Shown: positions 17,787 through 28,578 of the stretch, one piece after another
How the letters are laid out: each line of letters begins with the position of its first letter
Numbering within the stretch: the stretch's first letter is position 1
UHGV virus genome: UHGV-0196225
Length of the DNA: 35,569 nucleotides
From: a virus
Reading direction: 5' to 3' (one strand)
Notes under the pieces: model-generated
Seen by the model: the letters and a program-made list of their open reading frames with translations, nothing else
What the model was told of the DNA's origin: nothing
Databases searched by the model: none
Program-made: the position numbers and the translations under genes

Positions 17787-18015
17787 AATGAAATTCAAGC
17801 TGAATTATGATGGTGTTGGCCAATTGCTAAAATCTGCCGAAATGCAGGGCGTTTTAGAAGAGAAGGCAACAGCGATTAAAAATCGTGCAGGCGAAGGATA
17901 TGCTCAGGATGTTTATGTCGGAAAGACACGGGCGAATGCGATGGTTTACGCAGATTCTTACAAAGCCAAACGAGACAATAAGAAAAACAATACACTTTTG
18001 AAGGCGGTGCGGTAA
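17779..18015 (+). CDS. HK97 gp10-like tail component
   Basis: 78 aa. Position. Confidence 0.4.
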   Translation: MAKMKFKLNYDGVGQLLKSAEMQGVLEEKATAIKNRAGEGYAQDVYVGKTRANAMVYADSYKAKRDNKKNNTLLKAVR

Positions 18016-18351
18016 GTGATCGAGATTGTAATAAAAGAATTTCTTGACGGTCATTTATCTGTACCGTCTTTTTTAGAGCGTCCAGAAAAACCGCCAGAAA
18101 AGTATGTTCTCTTTGAAAAAACTAGCGGTGGAAGCAACAACTATCTGCCGTCTGCTACTTTTGCTTTTCAAAGCTATGCTCCTTCTTTGTACGAGGCAGC
18201 AGCGTTGAACGAAAAATTAAAAGCTGCTGTTGAATCAATGATCACACTTGATTCTATCAGTAAGATTAAGCTCAACAGTGACTACAACTTTACGGATACA
18301 GAAACGAAAGAATACCGTTATCAAGCGGTATTCGACATTAATCATTACTAG
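18016..18351 (+). CDS. Tail completion/terminator-like protein (GTG start)
   Basis: 111 aa, between the gp10-like gene and the major tail gene. Confidence 0.4.
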   Translation: MIEIVIKEFLDGHLSVPSFLERPEKPPEKYVLFEKTSGGSNNYLPSATFAFQSYAPSLYEAAALNEKLKAAVESMITLDSISKIKLNSDYNFTDTETKEYRYQAVFDINHY

Positions 18352-18362
18352 GAGGTAAACAT

Positions 18363-18935
18363 ATGTCAGATGTAAAATACGTGACAACAGCAAAGCCAAA
18401 AGTCGGCGGTGCTGTTTATTCAGCGCCATTAGGAACAACATTGCCAACAGATGCAACAACAGCATTAGGCGCTGCTTTTAAAAGTTTGGGCTATATTTCA
18501 GAGGATGGAATGACCAACTCAAACTCACCAGAAACAGACAATATTAAGGCCTGGGGCGGCGATGTCGTTGACAACGTGCAAACCGAAAAAGCAGACACTT
18601 TTTCTTATACATTGATTGAGGCTTTGAATCCTGATGTATTAAAAGAGGTTTACGGTGAAAAAAATGTCAGTGGAACATTGGACACTGGAATCACAATCAA
18701 AGCGAATTCCACACCTATGGAAGAACATTGCTTAGTTGTTGAAATGGTTCTGAAAGGCGGCATTTTGAAACGGATTGTTATTCCGATCGGCAAAGTTTCC
18801 GAAGTTGGCGAAATCGTCTATAAAGATGACGAAGCGAGCGGATATGAAACAACGATTGCAGCTCTTCCAGATACAGACGAAAACACTCACTATGAATACA
18901 TCCAAAAACCTACAAGTGAAGGAGGCGGCGATTAA
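18363..18935 (+). CDS. Major tail protein
   Basis: RBS AGGAGGT. 190 aa, immediately before the G/GT chaperones and TMP. Confidence 0.65.
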   Translation: MSDVKYVTTAKPKVGGAVYSAPLGTTLPTDATTALGAAFKSLGYISEDGMTNSNSPETDNIKAWGGDVVDNVQTEKADTFSYTLIEALNPDVLKEVYGEKNVSGTLDTGITIKANSTPMEEHCLVVEMVLKGGILKRIVIPIGKVSEVGEIVYKDDEASGYETTIAALPDTDENTHYEYIQKPTSEGGGD

Positions 18936-19210
18936 TGGCCAAAAAGGACAATTTGAAAGGAACCACGAAATCAGGTTTTGATTACAACATTTCAAAAGAC
19001 CGTCTAAATAACTATGAATTAGCGGAAACACTTGGCGATCTAGAAGATAATCCACTTTTAATGGGAAAAGTTGTCAAACTGATGCTAGGCAATGAACAAA
19101 CCAAAAAATTAAAGGATCACTTGCGGACAAAGGATGGTTTTGTTCCTAGTGATTTGATGGAAGCGGAAATTACAGAAATTCTGCAAAAGCAGGCTGAATT
19201 AAAAAAATAA
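18935..19210 (+). CDS. Tail assembly chaperone G
   Basis: 91 aa. Ends in the slippery A7 tract directly before the TAA stop. Confidence 0.65.
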   Translation: MAKKDNLKGTTKSGFDYNISKDRLNNYELAETLGDLEDNPLLMGKVVKLMLGNEQTKKLKDHLRTKDGFVPSDLMEAEITEILQKQAELKK

Positions 19211-19608
19211 TTACCCTTGCTAGAATGATCAAGCTCGATGAAGATGCATTGATTTGTGATCTAGCCGAGACTTATCAAATATACGACTTCAGGCAGTTAC
19301 CTCTATTGAAGGTAGCTGTCTTTTCTTATGGTTTAAGTGAAAATTCAAGAATCAAAATGCGAATGAGTAATCAAATCATTCCAATGGAAACCCTACTTTT
19401 GGCTGGCTTGTCTGACAAAATCAGTGTCCTTTTATGGACCAAGACAAAAGATGGTCAGAAAGGGAGAAATCGTCCGCCAATGATCTTGGATGCATTCAAT
19501 CAAAACAAAACGAAACAAAGAGAAACAGTCGTATTCAATTCAGGCGAGGATTTCGAAGAAAGAAGAAAAGAGTTACTTAAACAAGCAGGGAGCGGAGGTG
19601 GAGATTAA
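18935..19608 (+). CDS. Tail assembly chaperone GT fusion via programmed -1 frameshift
   Basis: A_AAA_AAA heptamer at 19201-19207, then TAA at 19208-19210. The -1 frame is open from the slip site to 19608 and ends in TAATG overlapping the TMP start. Confidence 0.6.
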
Positions 19609-22343
19609 TGGCAACGGATTTAGGTCAGGCTTATGTTCAGATTGTGCCATCTGCAAAAGGAATCAGCGGAGCAATCAGAAATCAATTAGACCCAGAAGCC
19701 TCTGCAGCTGGTACCAGTGCTGGGAATAATCTGGCTAGTAGATTGGTTACGGTTGTAAAAGGTGTGATTGCTACTGCAGCAATCGGAAAATCAATCGGTG
19801 CGGCTCTAACTGAAGGTGCTAATCTTCAACAATCCCTTGGCGGTATCGAAACACTGTTTAAAGGTAGTGCGGATAAAGTAAAAAAATATGCGGATGAAGC
19901 GTACAGGACTTCTGGCTTGTCTGCCAATGATTACATGGAAAACGTGACAAGTTTTAGTGCTAGTTTGCTACAGTCAGTAGGGGGCGACACCGAGAAAGCA
20001 GCCGATGTTGCAAACATGGCCATGATCGACATGTCAGATAATGCCAATAAGATGGGTACCAACATGGGCGACATTCAAAACGCCTATCAGGGGTTCGCAA
20101 AACAGAACTATACCATGTTAGATAACTTGAAACTAGGTTACGGCGGAACCCAAGAAGAAATGAAGCGGCTACTTGCCGATGCCGAAAAGCTCACAGGTGT
20201 TAAGTATGACATCAATAATTTAAGTGACGTATACAACGCGATCCATGCTATACAAGAGAACTTAGACATTACAGGCACAACCGCAAAAGAAGCCTCTGAA
20301 ACCTTCAGCGGATCATTTGCAGCAATGAAAGCCGCAGCGTCTAACGTCCTTGGTAAAATGGCTCTTGGTCAAGATATTCAACCATCTTTAAATCAATTAG
20401 CAGAAACAACGTCAACTTTCTTTGTTGGAAACTTTATCCCGATGGTGATGAATATTGTCAAAGCGATACCTGGTGCAATCGTTACTTTGATTAAAGCATC
20501 AATTCCATACGTACAAGAAGCTTTTACAAGTATGTTTGGCTCAGTTGGTTTGCCATCAGCTTTCACAGGGTTAATTGCAAATTTAAAGTTTGCCTTTGGC
20601 CAAGTAGTAGCGAATGTAAAAAACATGGGCTATCAAGTAAAGGATCGACTGACTGAACTTGATGATTCCTTTAGAAGCTTGCTTGTTTCGTTAGAACCAG
20701 TTTTCACTAAACTAGGTGGAATTATCAGCACATGGGCTGTTGGAATTACAACAGTGTTATCCTATGCCATCCCGTTAGCGATCGATGTTTTTCGAATGGC
20801 CTTTGATGGTATTGTGGAATTTGTCGTTCCCATTTTGGACAAGGTACTTCAAATCTTTTGGGATCTGAGTGCGGCAGTTATGGAAGTAGTCATGAATACA
20901 GTCGTACCAGCATTACAGAAAATGATTGATTGGGTTCGTGCTAACGAGGGAATCATGAAAGGCTTAGGAGTTGCAGTAACAGCCCTAGTTGCTGGATTCG
21001 GAGCATTCAAAGCCGTTACCGGTGTGGTAGCCATTTTTAGTAAATTATCTGTTGCAGCAGGAGCATTAAAAACAGTTTTCCTAGGTCTTTCGAATCTAGG
21101 AATCAAAGGCTTAATCACAGTGTTCACCACACTATTAGGACCCGTTGGAGTAGTAGCAATTGCAGTAGGAGCTTTAACCGCTGCATTCGTTTATCTATGG
21201 AATACGAATGAAGGCTTCAAAGAGGCAGTCATTCAAATATGGACAACTATTTCTGAATTATTAAGTCCACTTATTTCTGGAATAGCTGAGTTTATTAAAA
21301 CGATTTGGGGTGCAGTCACTGCATGGTGGAATGCAAATCAACAATCGTTTTTGACAACTGCTCAAACTATTTGGAATTCCATTATGACTACCATTCAATC
21401 CATACTTAATCTAGTGCAATTAGTAATTCAAACCGTGTTGACCAATATCCAGAATTTCTGGAATACATGGGGATCAACGATTCAAAATTTCACTTCCGCA
21501 GTATGGGGAGCAATTAAAGCTCTGATAACTGGTGTGGTAAATAATTTGCTATCAACGATAACTACCATCTTCAATCAGATTAGTATTGTCATTCAAACCG
21601 TGATGGGTGTGATTCAAGGGATAATTAAAGCAATCACAGGAGCAATCAAGGGTGACTGGTCACAGGTTTGGGAAGGAATCAAACAGATTGTTTCTAGCAT
21701 CTTTGAAGGTATTGTCGCTACAATATCAAATTTCATGGAAGGCGCCAAAAACACTATATCTAATGCGATTGAAACAATAAGAGGCGTATTCGATTCATTA
21801 TCTCAAATTGATCTTTTCGCAGCTGGTCAAGCGATCATCGAAGGGTTCTTGAATGGACTTAGACAGAAATATGAAGATGTAAAAAGCTTTATCGGTGGTA
21901 TTGGTGACTGGATCAAAGACCATAAAGGCCCAATTAGTTACGATAAGATACTATTGATCCCAGCTGGTAATGCGATTATGGATTCGCTAAACAATGGTCT
22001 AATAGATCGATTTTCTAACGTTAAGCGAACAATCTTAGGTGTTGCAGGCGAAATACAGGACATAATTACCAATAGCATTGACACAAGTCCATTTACAGAT
22101 GATTCATTGAATACTCAATTGTCCTTTGCTGCAGCATCGATCGATGCACAAAATATTAGTGCAAGACAAGCAAGCGGTGAATACGGTGGTGACTCTTCAG
22201 TAATCATTGATAACCACGGCATGATGGACGGAGCAACGTTTGTTGTACGAGAAGAGGCTGACATCGAAAAGATTGCAGAGGCATTGTACAAGAGACAACA
22301 ACGCCAAGATGGACGGCGTGGATTGCGAGGTAGTTTCCGATGA
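19608..22343 (+). CDS. Tail tape measure protein
   Basis: 911 aa. Hydrophobic and repetitive central region. Sits between GT and Dit. Confidence 0.85.
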   Translation: MATDLGQAYVQIVPSAKGISGAIRNQLDPEASAAGTSAGNNLASRLVTVVKGVIATAAIGKSIGAALTEGANLQQSLGGIETLFKGSADKVKKYADEAYRTSGLSANDYMENVTSFSASLLQSVGGDTEKAADVANMAMIDMSDNANKMGTNMGDIQNAYQGFAKQNYTMLDNLKLGYGGTQEEMKRLLADAEKLTGVKYDINNLSDVYNAIHAIQENLDITGTTAKEASETFSGSFAAMKAAASNVLGKMALGQDIQPSLNQLAETTSTFFVGNFIPMVMNIVKAIPGAIVTLIKASIPYVQEAFTSMFGSVGLPSAFTGLIANLKFAFGQVVANVKNMGYQVKDRLTELDDSFRSLLVSLEPVFTKLGGIISTWAVGITTVLSYAIPLAIDVFRMAFDGIVEFVVPILDKVLQIFWDLSAAVMEVVMNTVVPALQKMIDWVRANEGIMKGLGVAVTALVAGFGAFKAVTGVVAIFSKLSVAAGALKTVFLGLSNLGIKGLITVFTTLLGPVGVVAIAVGALTAAFVYLWNTNEGFKEAVIQIWTTISELLSPLISGIAEFIKTIWGAVTAWWNANQQSFLTTAQTIWNSIMTTIQSILNLVQLVIQTVLTNIQNFWNTWGSTIQNFTSAVWGAIKALITGVVNNLLSTITTIFNQISIVIQTVMGVIQGIIKAITGAIKGDWSQVWEGIKQIVSSIFEGIVATISNFMEGAKNTISNAIETIRGVFDSLSQIDLFAAGQAIIEGFLNGLRQKYEDVKSFIGGIGDWIKDHKGPISYDKILLIPAGNAIMDSLNNGLIDRFSNVKRTILGVAGEIQDIITNSIDTSPFTDDSLNTQLSFAAASIDAQNISARQASGEYGGDSSVIIDNHGMMDGATFVVREEADIEKIAEALYKRQQRQDGRRGLRGSFR

Positions 22344-23245
22344 CAGTAACACTTGAAAAGAAATTACCTGCAAGAGCAATGAACATTGATGGCAAGTTTT
22401 TAGAAGACTTGGTTCCTGGATACACAACACTTGATGTTGAGGGAAGGGAACTTTTTGAAACGAATAACGAGTATTCTCAACTTGGAATTCGAGATGGCGA
22501 AAGACACATCTATAATCGAATTCCAGCACGAGAGCTTGAAGTAAAGTTCTTTTTGAAAGCCGAAGATGATTCATCCTACAGAGACAAGTTCAACAAACTG
22601 AACGTGGCTTTGTTCACCGAAAAAGAAGTGCCAATTTGGTTCAACGATGAACCAGAAATGATCTTCAAAGGAACAAAGGCAACAATAGATAAAGTAGATT
22701 CTGGTCATTATTGGGCGACTGGTAGCTTCACAATCACTTGTGGCGATCCGTACAAGTATACGAAAAGCGATGCAACGTCCGTAATGTGGGGATCAGAAAT
22801 CATTACATTTCAGGCGAACTATTTGCTTGGGAATACCGGATCGGGTGCCGTTTTAATGCCGATCATTTTTGAAGGCGGCGCTTATTGGGGGTCTGACATT
22901 ATCACATTCCAACATCAAGGGTATTTGATGGGGGATACAGGTAAAGAGGCGCAGCCGTTTGAGATTTATCCGACCGTTGAAGGCTTGAAGGTGAAACCGA
23001 TGATCGAAATTGTCGGCATGGGTCGTGGTGTCAAAATTCGAACACGGACAGACACGATTGACTTAGGAGACTTTGACAATGCGACAATTGTGATCGATAC
23101 TCAAACATTTAACATTACCAAAAACGGGAAACCAATGATCCGGCCAATGAATGACTTTTATATCTATCCCAAAGAACCGCTTTATGTTTCAGGGAAAGAC
23201 GGCGATTTTGATTTAACAATTAAATATTCAAATCGATATTTATAG
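22340..23245 (+). CDS. Distal tail protein (Dit, Sipho_tail family)
   Basis: 301 aa, directly after TMP with ATGA overlap. Confidence 0.65.
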   Translation: MTVTLEKKLPARAMNIDGKFLEDLVPGYTTLDVEGRELFETNNEYSQLGIRDGERHIYNRIPARELEVKFFLKAEDDSSYRDKFNKLNVALFTEKEVPIWFNDEPEMIFKGTKATIDKVDSGHYWATGSFTITCGDPYKYTKSDATSVMWGSEIITFQANYLLGNTGSGAVLMPIIFEGGAYWGSDIITFQHQGYLMGDTGKEAQPFEIYPTVEGLKVKPMIEIVGMGRGVKIRTRTDTIDLGDFDNATIVIDTQTFNITKNGKPMIRPMNDFYIYPKEPLYVSGKDGDFDLTIKYSNRYL

Positions 23246-23257
23246 GGAGCTGATTAC

Positions 23258-25342
23258 TTGTTAATGGCTATGAACCTAAGTCGTGAGTATACAGCTATCC
23301 TAGAAAATGCTTACGATGTTGGGTATGAAAAAATTGAAAATGAAATCGGATCAATTGAATTTTCGATGCCATTATATGACACGAAAAACGCAATGATTCA
23401 AGCTTTGCAGTATGTGGAGCTTACGGATAATGAAGATGAATACATCGGATTATATCGGATAATGCCGTCAACGATCCAGAAAGACAAAAGCAATTACACA
23501 ATTAAATACACTGCAATGCATGTGCTAGGGACGTTATTGGATAGCGTCCTTTTTGGTTATCATGAATTAGTTAATCGAACAACTACAGATGTGATCAATT
23601 ACATTCTAGGTAAGCAAAAAACAAAGCATTGGGTTCTTAAGAAATGTGAGTTCACAAGGTATTTCAGCTATGCATGGGAAAATGAGAACGGCCTTGCTGA
23701 TGCATTGTTTTCTATTCCGGCAGCATTTGATGAAGATTATATTTGGCAATGGAATACGCAAGTTTATCCATTTGAGCTATCCCTTGTTAAGCCACCGACT
23801 GAACCGATTTGTCGGATTCAAGAAGGCTACAACATGGAAGGGTTCGAAATAGAAAGCGATCCTAATAACCTAGTGAATCGAGTGTACCCTTTGGGAGCCG
23901 GTGAAGGCATCAATCAGCTGAATATTAAATCCGTGAATGACGGTAAAGAATATGTAGAAGATACTGACTCTATCAAAAAGTATGGATTAATCGAATACGT
24001 TTGGGTGGATCAGCGTTTTACCATTGCACAAGCTTTAAAAGACAATGCGTTAAATATGTTGAAAAAATGGTCGATTCCAAAAGTATCTTGGAAAGTTAAG
24101 GCAGCAGATTTAATCAAGCTGACTGATTCACCACTTGATATTGATAAGTTGCGACAAGGAACTGTCGTGATGATTAATACAAACGAGTACGGGTCTTTTA
24201 ACTTGCGGATAAAGAAGGAGTCTAAATCAGATGTATTTGGAGCGCCGCAGGAACTTGAGTTAGAACTTGGTAACTTGAAGGATGACATCAACACAACAAT
24301 GTCTGACCTCAACCGAAAACAGCAAATCAATGAAACGTATTCTCAAGGTGCAACAAACATCTTGAATTATTCATACCAAGACAATTGCGAATCAGCATAC
24401 CCGGCTGAAATAGAATTTTACTTGGATGATGATGTTTTCCATGTGAATACTGTTGAACTGACCTTCAAAACGAAGCGTTATCGCGGATACACGAAAGCAG
24501 TGAAAGGCGGCGGTGCAAAAACTATCACAAGTGAGTCGGGCGGTTCTACAGTAATTACTAGCGAGTCTGGTGGCTCAAGTGTTGTTACCAGTCAAGGCGG
24601 CGGCGGTTCTGTGGCATCTACGACTAGCGGTGGTGGTTCATACCAAGGTGGGTCTACAAGTGCAGGCGGAGGATCGTATCAAGGTGGGTCAACAAATGCT
24701 GGCGGCGGTTCTTTGAGGTCTTCTAGTGCTGGGGGAAATCATGATCATGTTATGTTTAATGTTAGACCAGGTCCAACACCACCAGCAACAAAGTCAATGT
24801 ATGTTGCTGGTGGTAGTGGTGTTTTATATGCAGAAGGGGCTGGCAGTACATTTAGAACAGCTAGTTCATCAGGAAATCACGCGCACACTGTTGATGTACC
24901 AAGTCATTCTCATGGATTCAACATCAGTATTCCTAGTCACTCACACGGCTTCGGTATTAACATACCTAATCACTCACATAGAGTGACGATCCCTAGTCAT
25001 ACTCATAAAGTGACATTACCAAGTCATAGACACAATGTGAAGCTACCAAGCCATAAACATAATGTAGTGCTGCCAGAACATACGCATCCTTTAGAATGGG
25101 GAATTTTCCAAGCGAGTGAGTCGGCATCTAGTGTTGACATTATTGTTGATGGAACGACTATTCCTAAACATGAAACAAGTCAAAGTCGGTTGAATATCGT
25201 AGACTATCTGAGAAAGACTAGCAGTGGGAAGATTCAACGCGGAAACCACACAATCAAAATTAAACCGAACAAGCTTGCTCGAATTGAAGCTCAAGTGACA
25301 TGTCGTGTATTTATTCAGTCACAATTAGGAGGACAATTTTAA
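23258..25342 (+). CDS. Tail-associated lysin / tail endopeptidase-like protein (Tal) with C-terminal Gly/Ser-rich and HxH repeat regions
   Basis: 694 aa after Dit. The C-terminus carries a Gly/Ser-rich repeat stretch and then nine HxH motifs. Confidence 0.65.
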   Translation: MLMAMNLSREYTAILENAYDVGYEKIENEIGSIEFSMPLYDTKNAMIQALQYVELTDNEDEYIGLYRIMPSTIQKDKSNYTIKYTAMHVLGTLLDSVLFGYHELVNRTTTDVINYILGKQKTKHWVLKKCEFTRYFSYAWENENGLADALFSIPAAFDEDYIWQWNTQVYPFELSLVKPPTEPICRIQEGYNMEGFEIESDPNNLVNRVYPLGAGEGINQLNIKSVNDGKEYVEDTDSIKKYGLIEYVWVDQRFTIAQALKDNALNMLKKWSIPKVSWKVKAADLIKLTDSPLDIDKLRQGTVVMINTNEYGSFNLRIKKESKSDVFGAPQELELELGNLKDDINTTMSDLNRKQQINETYSQGATNILNYSYQDNCESAYPAEIEFYLDDDVFHVNTVELTFKTKRYRGYTKAVKGGGAKTITSESGGSTVITSESGGSSVVTSQGGGGSVASTTSGGGSYQGGSTSAGGGSYQGGSTNAGGGSLRSSSAGGNHDHVMFNVRPGPTPPATKSMYVAGGSGVLYAEGAGSTFRTASSSGNHAHTVDVPSHSHGFNISIPSHSHGFGINIPNHSHRVTIPSHTHKVTLPSHRHNVKLPSHKHNVVLPEHTHPLEWGIFQASESASSVDIIVDGTTIPKHETSQSRLNIVDYLRKTSSGKIQRGNHTIKIKPNKLARIEAQVTCRVFIQSQLGGQF

Positions 25343-25515
25343 TGAAAATTAAAGTGAAGAAAATCAGCGGTGAAGAGTTTGACGCTGAAACAAATAAAAC
25401 AATGAATGAACTATATGAAGAACTGACTGATCAAACAGTTAGTTCTTTTATTTTGCTCGGTGACCACATCGAGCAAAAAATGACAATTGATTCAATTAGA
25501 AAAATTAATGAATAG
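25343..25515 (+). CDS. Small hypothetical protein (57 aa)
   Basis: RBS AGGAGGACAA before the ATG at 25343. Confidence 0.4.
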
Positions 25516-25519
25516 GTAG

Positions 25520-28135
25520 GTGATCATTTTGGCCGTTGAACATATCCAAGAAACAGACACGCTGAATCGTGGGCGTGAAAAAATTAACCAGGCGATCGAT
25601 TTAGCGAATAGTTCTTCAACTAAAGTTGATCAATATGGCACTGAGTTGGATCAAGGGATTAAAGACGCTAAAAAGATTGCGACTGATGCTGGACAGGCTG
25701 CAAAGACAACGGCAGATACAGCGGCAGCAGAAGCAAAACAATCGGCGTCTGCTGCCGCTACAGAAGCAAAAACGATTGCGACAAATGCAGGTATTGAAGC
25801 CAAATCGATTGCTGAGGCTGCAGGTAAAGAAGCAAATAGAAAAGCGGATCAAGCAATCGGTGATTCGGCTACCGCTGTGGAGAATTCAAATCAGGCAATT
25901 GGACGTGCAAATCAGAACAAACAGGAATTTGATGCATTACGTAATGACTTTGACGATCTAGTGGCAGAGTCAGGCGATAGCAACCCTGAAATTGTCCAAG
26001 CTCGGACAGACTCGCAAGGTGTGAAACAGAATACGTTGCAAAATCGTCTGCAAGCTGATTTTAGTAGCCGTTTAACAAATGCCGATGCAATTCAATTGTT
26101 TTCTGGTCCAGTTGTCGTTCCGTTGATGATGGATTTCTCAGGAAAAGTTGCCGGAAACGTCGCGGCTAATCCTCATAGTTTCTACACTGACTATACGTCA
26201 ACCAGCTTGAAAAAGCCTTCAGATCCTTGGAGTGAGGTTACTCAAGAAAACTATAACAAGTTAGCTGGTAGAGATGACCAAGGTGTAACAGTCGGTTCAA
26301 GCCAAGGAAGCGTCATTCCTCAAAATCGCGGTTCCTATAATACAATCGTATCTATTGAACAATTAGCCCCACGAATTTTTGAAGGGATGACTTTAGCGGA
26401 AAAAGTTAAATACATCAAGGACAATTTTATTTCCTTTTCTATTACGACACGAGCAAAGGCAACGTCGCCAAATAATAAGAATTTGAAGGTTGGTGTTTTC
26501 TTAGAATCAACTGGTTCATACTCTACAAAAATCCAAGGAGATGCAACTGAATTTACTGATTTTACGGTAGAAGTCACTGATAGTAATTTCATTGATTCTA
26601 AAGGTTTTATTGAAATAAACTCGCATACTGATAGTTCAAATGGCGTCACTGCTTCTAGTGTGACAACAGATTATGTTGGTGTTCAACTAAAGGTATCCTT
26701 AAATCCTTTAACTGTTTTGAATAAGTCGGGTTTCGCTAACGAAAGTGACTTGGATTTGAAAGCTGATTTAAAAGATTTTCAAGAATTTGCGAAGAGGGAA
26801 GACAATCCTCATGCTGTAACTGCGGAACAAGTCGGAGCCTATACAAAAGAAGATGCTGACGATACGTTTTTAACTCAAACAGATGCAGAAGCAACACTAG
26901 CAAAGAAAACCGATTTAACAAAAGCCACAGTTGGGTTGGGATCAGTTGATAATTATGGCACGGCAACAGAAAGTGAAGCCGTTGCAGGATCGGCTGCGAA
27001 TAAGTTCATTACTCCGCTTGGAGTTAAACAGTTCTATGATCAACAAGCAATTGAAAGACCTAAGTTTTTAAGTAATACAACAAACTTTTGCGCACATAGA
27101 GGTAATAACGCTGAATTTCCTGAGAATTCGGCATTAGCATTAAAGTCGGTAACCCGTCACAGATTTATCGAATTTGATGTCGGTATTACAAAGGACGGCA
27201 AATGGGTAGTCATGCATGATGATACAGTTGATCGTACTACTAACGGAACTGGAAGAGTGGACTCATTAACTTTAGCTCAAATCAGAGCATTAAGAATCGA
27301 CACAGGAGCTGGGTTGGGCTATTTAACAGATGCTGAAAAAATAATTCCTACAATGAGTGAAGCAATTCAATATTGCAAATCGGCGGGGAGTGTTCCATTC
27401 GTTGAGATTAAATCTAACAATTACACAGACAGTCATCTTCAAGAATTTATTAATGTGCTGAAACAAGCAAAGATTCTAAACGGTGGTTGTGTCGTCATTT
27501 CTTTCGATAAGACAATTTTAGAAAGACTTCGAAATATGTCTAATGAAATTGAACTTTCGTGGGTCATGAATTCGGTTACTCAGACTGAATTAAGTGAATG
27601 TATTCGGTTACGGATGTCAGCGGACGTTGCTTATAATCATGCGACTGTCACAAAAGACATGGTTAATGCATTTCATGACAATGGGTTGCAGTTGAATGTC
27701 TGGACAGCTCCTGACGATTCGTTTGAAAGCTTGAAAGAAAAGGGCGTTGATGTGATCACAACGAATAGCCGTTCCGGTGATCTACGTTGGAGCTTGCTTA
27801 CTTTGGATAGTAATTTTACTCACTACGCTGCAGGTGGGAATTTAAGACAGCCATTTGTTGAAGAGGTATCACCAGGAGTCGCCAAGGTAACTTTTACAGT
27901 AATCGGCGGAGTAAATACGAAGCAAACTAGAATATTATCTTTTCCAGACTGGGCGACACCGTTGTACACAAGTTGGCATCTTTGCAATATACGGACTTCT
28001 AGTGGATCTGACTTTGCTACGGTCGATGTGTATGGTAAGGCTTTAAGCGCGGATAAGCGTGGGGTGGTCGTTGGATTGAATTGGGATGCTCGAACAACTT
28101 GGGCAAATGGCAGTTTCACTTATGATTTGTATTAG
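25520..28135 (+). CDS. Tail fibre / receptor-binding protein with glycerophosphodiester phosphodiesterase (GDPD) domain
   Basis: Ala/Lys-rich coiled-coil N-terminus. GDPD signature FCAHRGNNAEFPENS...EFDVGITKDGKWVVMHDDTVDRTTNGTG at about 27085-27790. The start may be TTG at 25528. Confidence 0.8.
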   Translation: MIILAVEHIQETDTLNRGREKINQAIDLANSSSTKVDQYGTELDQGIKDAKKIATDAGQAAKTTADTAAAEAKQSASAAATEAKTIATNAGIEAKSIAEAAGKEANRKADQAIGDSATAVENSNQAIGRANQNKQEFDALRNDFDDLVAESGDSNPEIVQARTDSQGVKQNTLQNRLQADFSSRLTNADAIQLFSGPVVVPLMMDFSGKVAGNVAANPHSFYTDYTSTSLKKPSDPWSEVTQENYNKLAGRDDQGVTVGSSQGSVIPQNRGSYNTIVSIEQLAPRIFEGMTLAEKVKYIKDNFISFSITTRAKATSPNNKNLKVGVFLESTGSYSTKIQGDATEFTDFTVEVTDSNFIDSKGFIEINSHTDSSNGVTASSVTTDYVGVQLKVSLNPLTVLNKSGFANESDLDLKADLKDFQEFAKREDNPHAVTAEQVGAYTKEDADDTFLTQTDAEATLAKKTDLTKATVGLGSVDNYGTATESEAVAGSAANKFITPLGVKQFYDQQAIERPKFLSNTTNFCAHRGNNAEFPENSALALKSVTRHRFIEFDVGITKDGKWVVMHDDTVDRTTNGTGRVDSLTLAQIRALRIDTGAGLGYLTDAEKIIPTMSEAIQYCKSAGSVPFVEIKSNNYTDSHLQEFINVLKQAKILNGGCVVISFDKTILERLRNMSNEIELSWVMNSVTQTELSECIRLRMSADVAYNHATVTKDMVNAFHDNGLQLNVWTAPDDSFESLKEKGVDVITTNSRSGDLRWSLLTLDSNFTHYAAGGNLRQPFVEEVSPGVAKVTFTVIGGVNTKQTRILSFPDWATPLYTSWHLCNIRTSSGSDFATVDVYGKALSADKRGVVVGLNWDARTTWANGSFTYDLY

Positions 28136-28136
28136 T

Positions 28137-28166
28137 AGCACACTTTAGGTGTGTTTTTTATTTTAG
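28137..28166 (+). terminator. Intrinsic terminator after tail fibre gene
   Basis: AGCACAC-TTTAG-GTGTGTT followed by TTTTTATTTT. Confidence 0.65.
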
Positions 28167-28182
28167 GAAGGAAGAGGGAAAA

Positions 28183-28578
28183 ATGGACATGTTCGATTAT
28201 TTTAGGCACTTTTTGGAAACCGAGGATCAGAAAATTCTTTTCATTTTAGCTTTGATTTGTGCAGCGATGGTGATTGATTTTCTAACAGGAACCATTGCAG
28301 CAAAGGTTAATCCTGATATTGAATTTAAGTCAAAGGTTGGGATTAACGGGATTTTGAGGAAGATAGTTAGCGTAATTCTACTGATGTTTTTCATTCCTTT
28401 GTCAGTGATCGTACCAGGAGCGGCAGGCACGGCTTTGCTATATACGCTGTACGTTGGGTACTTACTGATGGAATTGAAATCCATCTTAGAGAATTATCAA
28501 AAGTTGGGCGGTACGACTGATTTATTTCAAAGGTTTTTAGACAGTTTCAAATCTGACCAAACAAACAAGGAGGACTAA
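28183..28578 (+). CDS. Holin
   Basis: 131 aa, 3 predicted TM helices, charged C-terminus, directly upstream of the endolysin. RBS GGAAGAGGG. Confidence 0.7.
   Translation: MDMFDYFRHFLETEDQKILFILALICAAMVIDFLTGTIAAKVNPDIEFKSKVGINGILRKIVSVILLMFFIPLSVIVPGAAGTALLYTLYVGYLLMELKSILENYQKLGGTTDLFQRFLDSFKSDQTNKED

Noticed and set aside
25626-25961. Arg/Gln/Lys-rich 111-aa ORF and minus-strand Cys-rich ORF 25616..25852
   Set aside because: Alternate-frame artefacts of the low-complexity Ala/Lys-rich coiled-coil region at the tail-fibre N-terminus.
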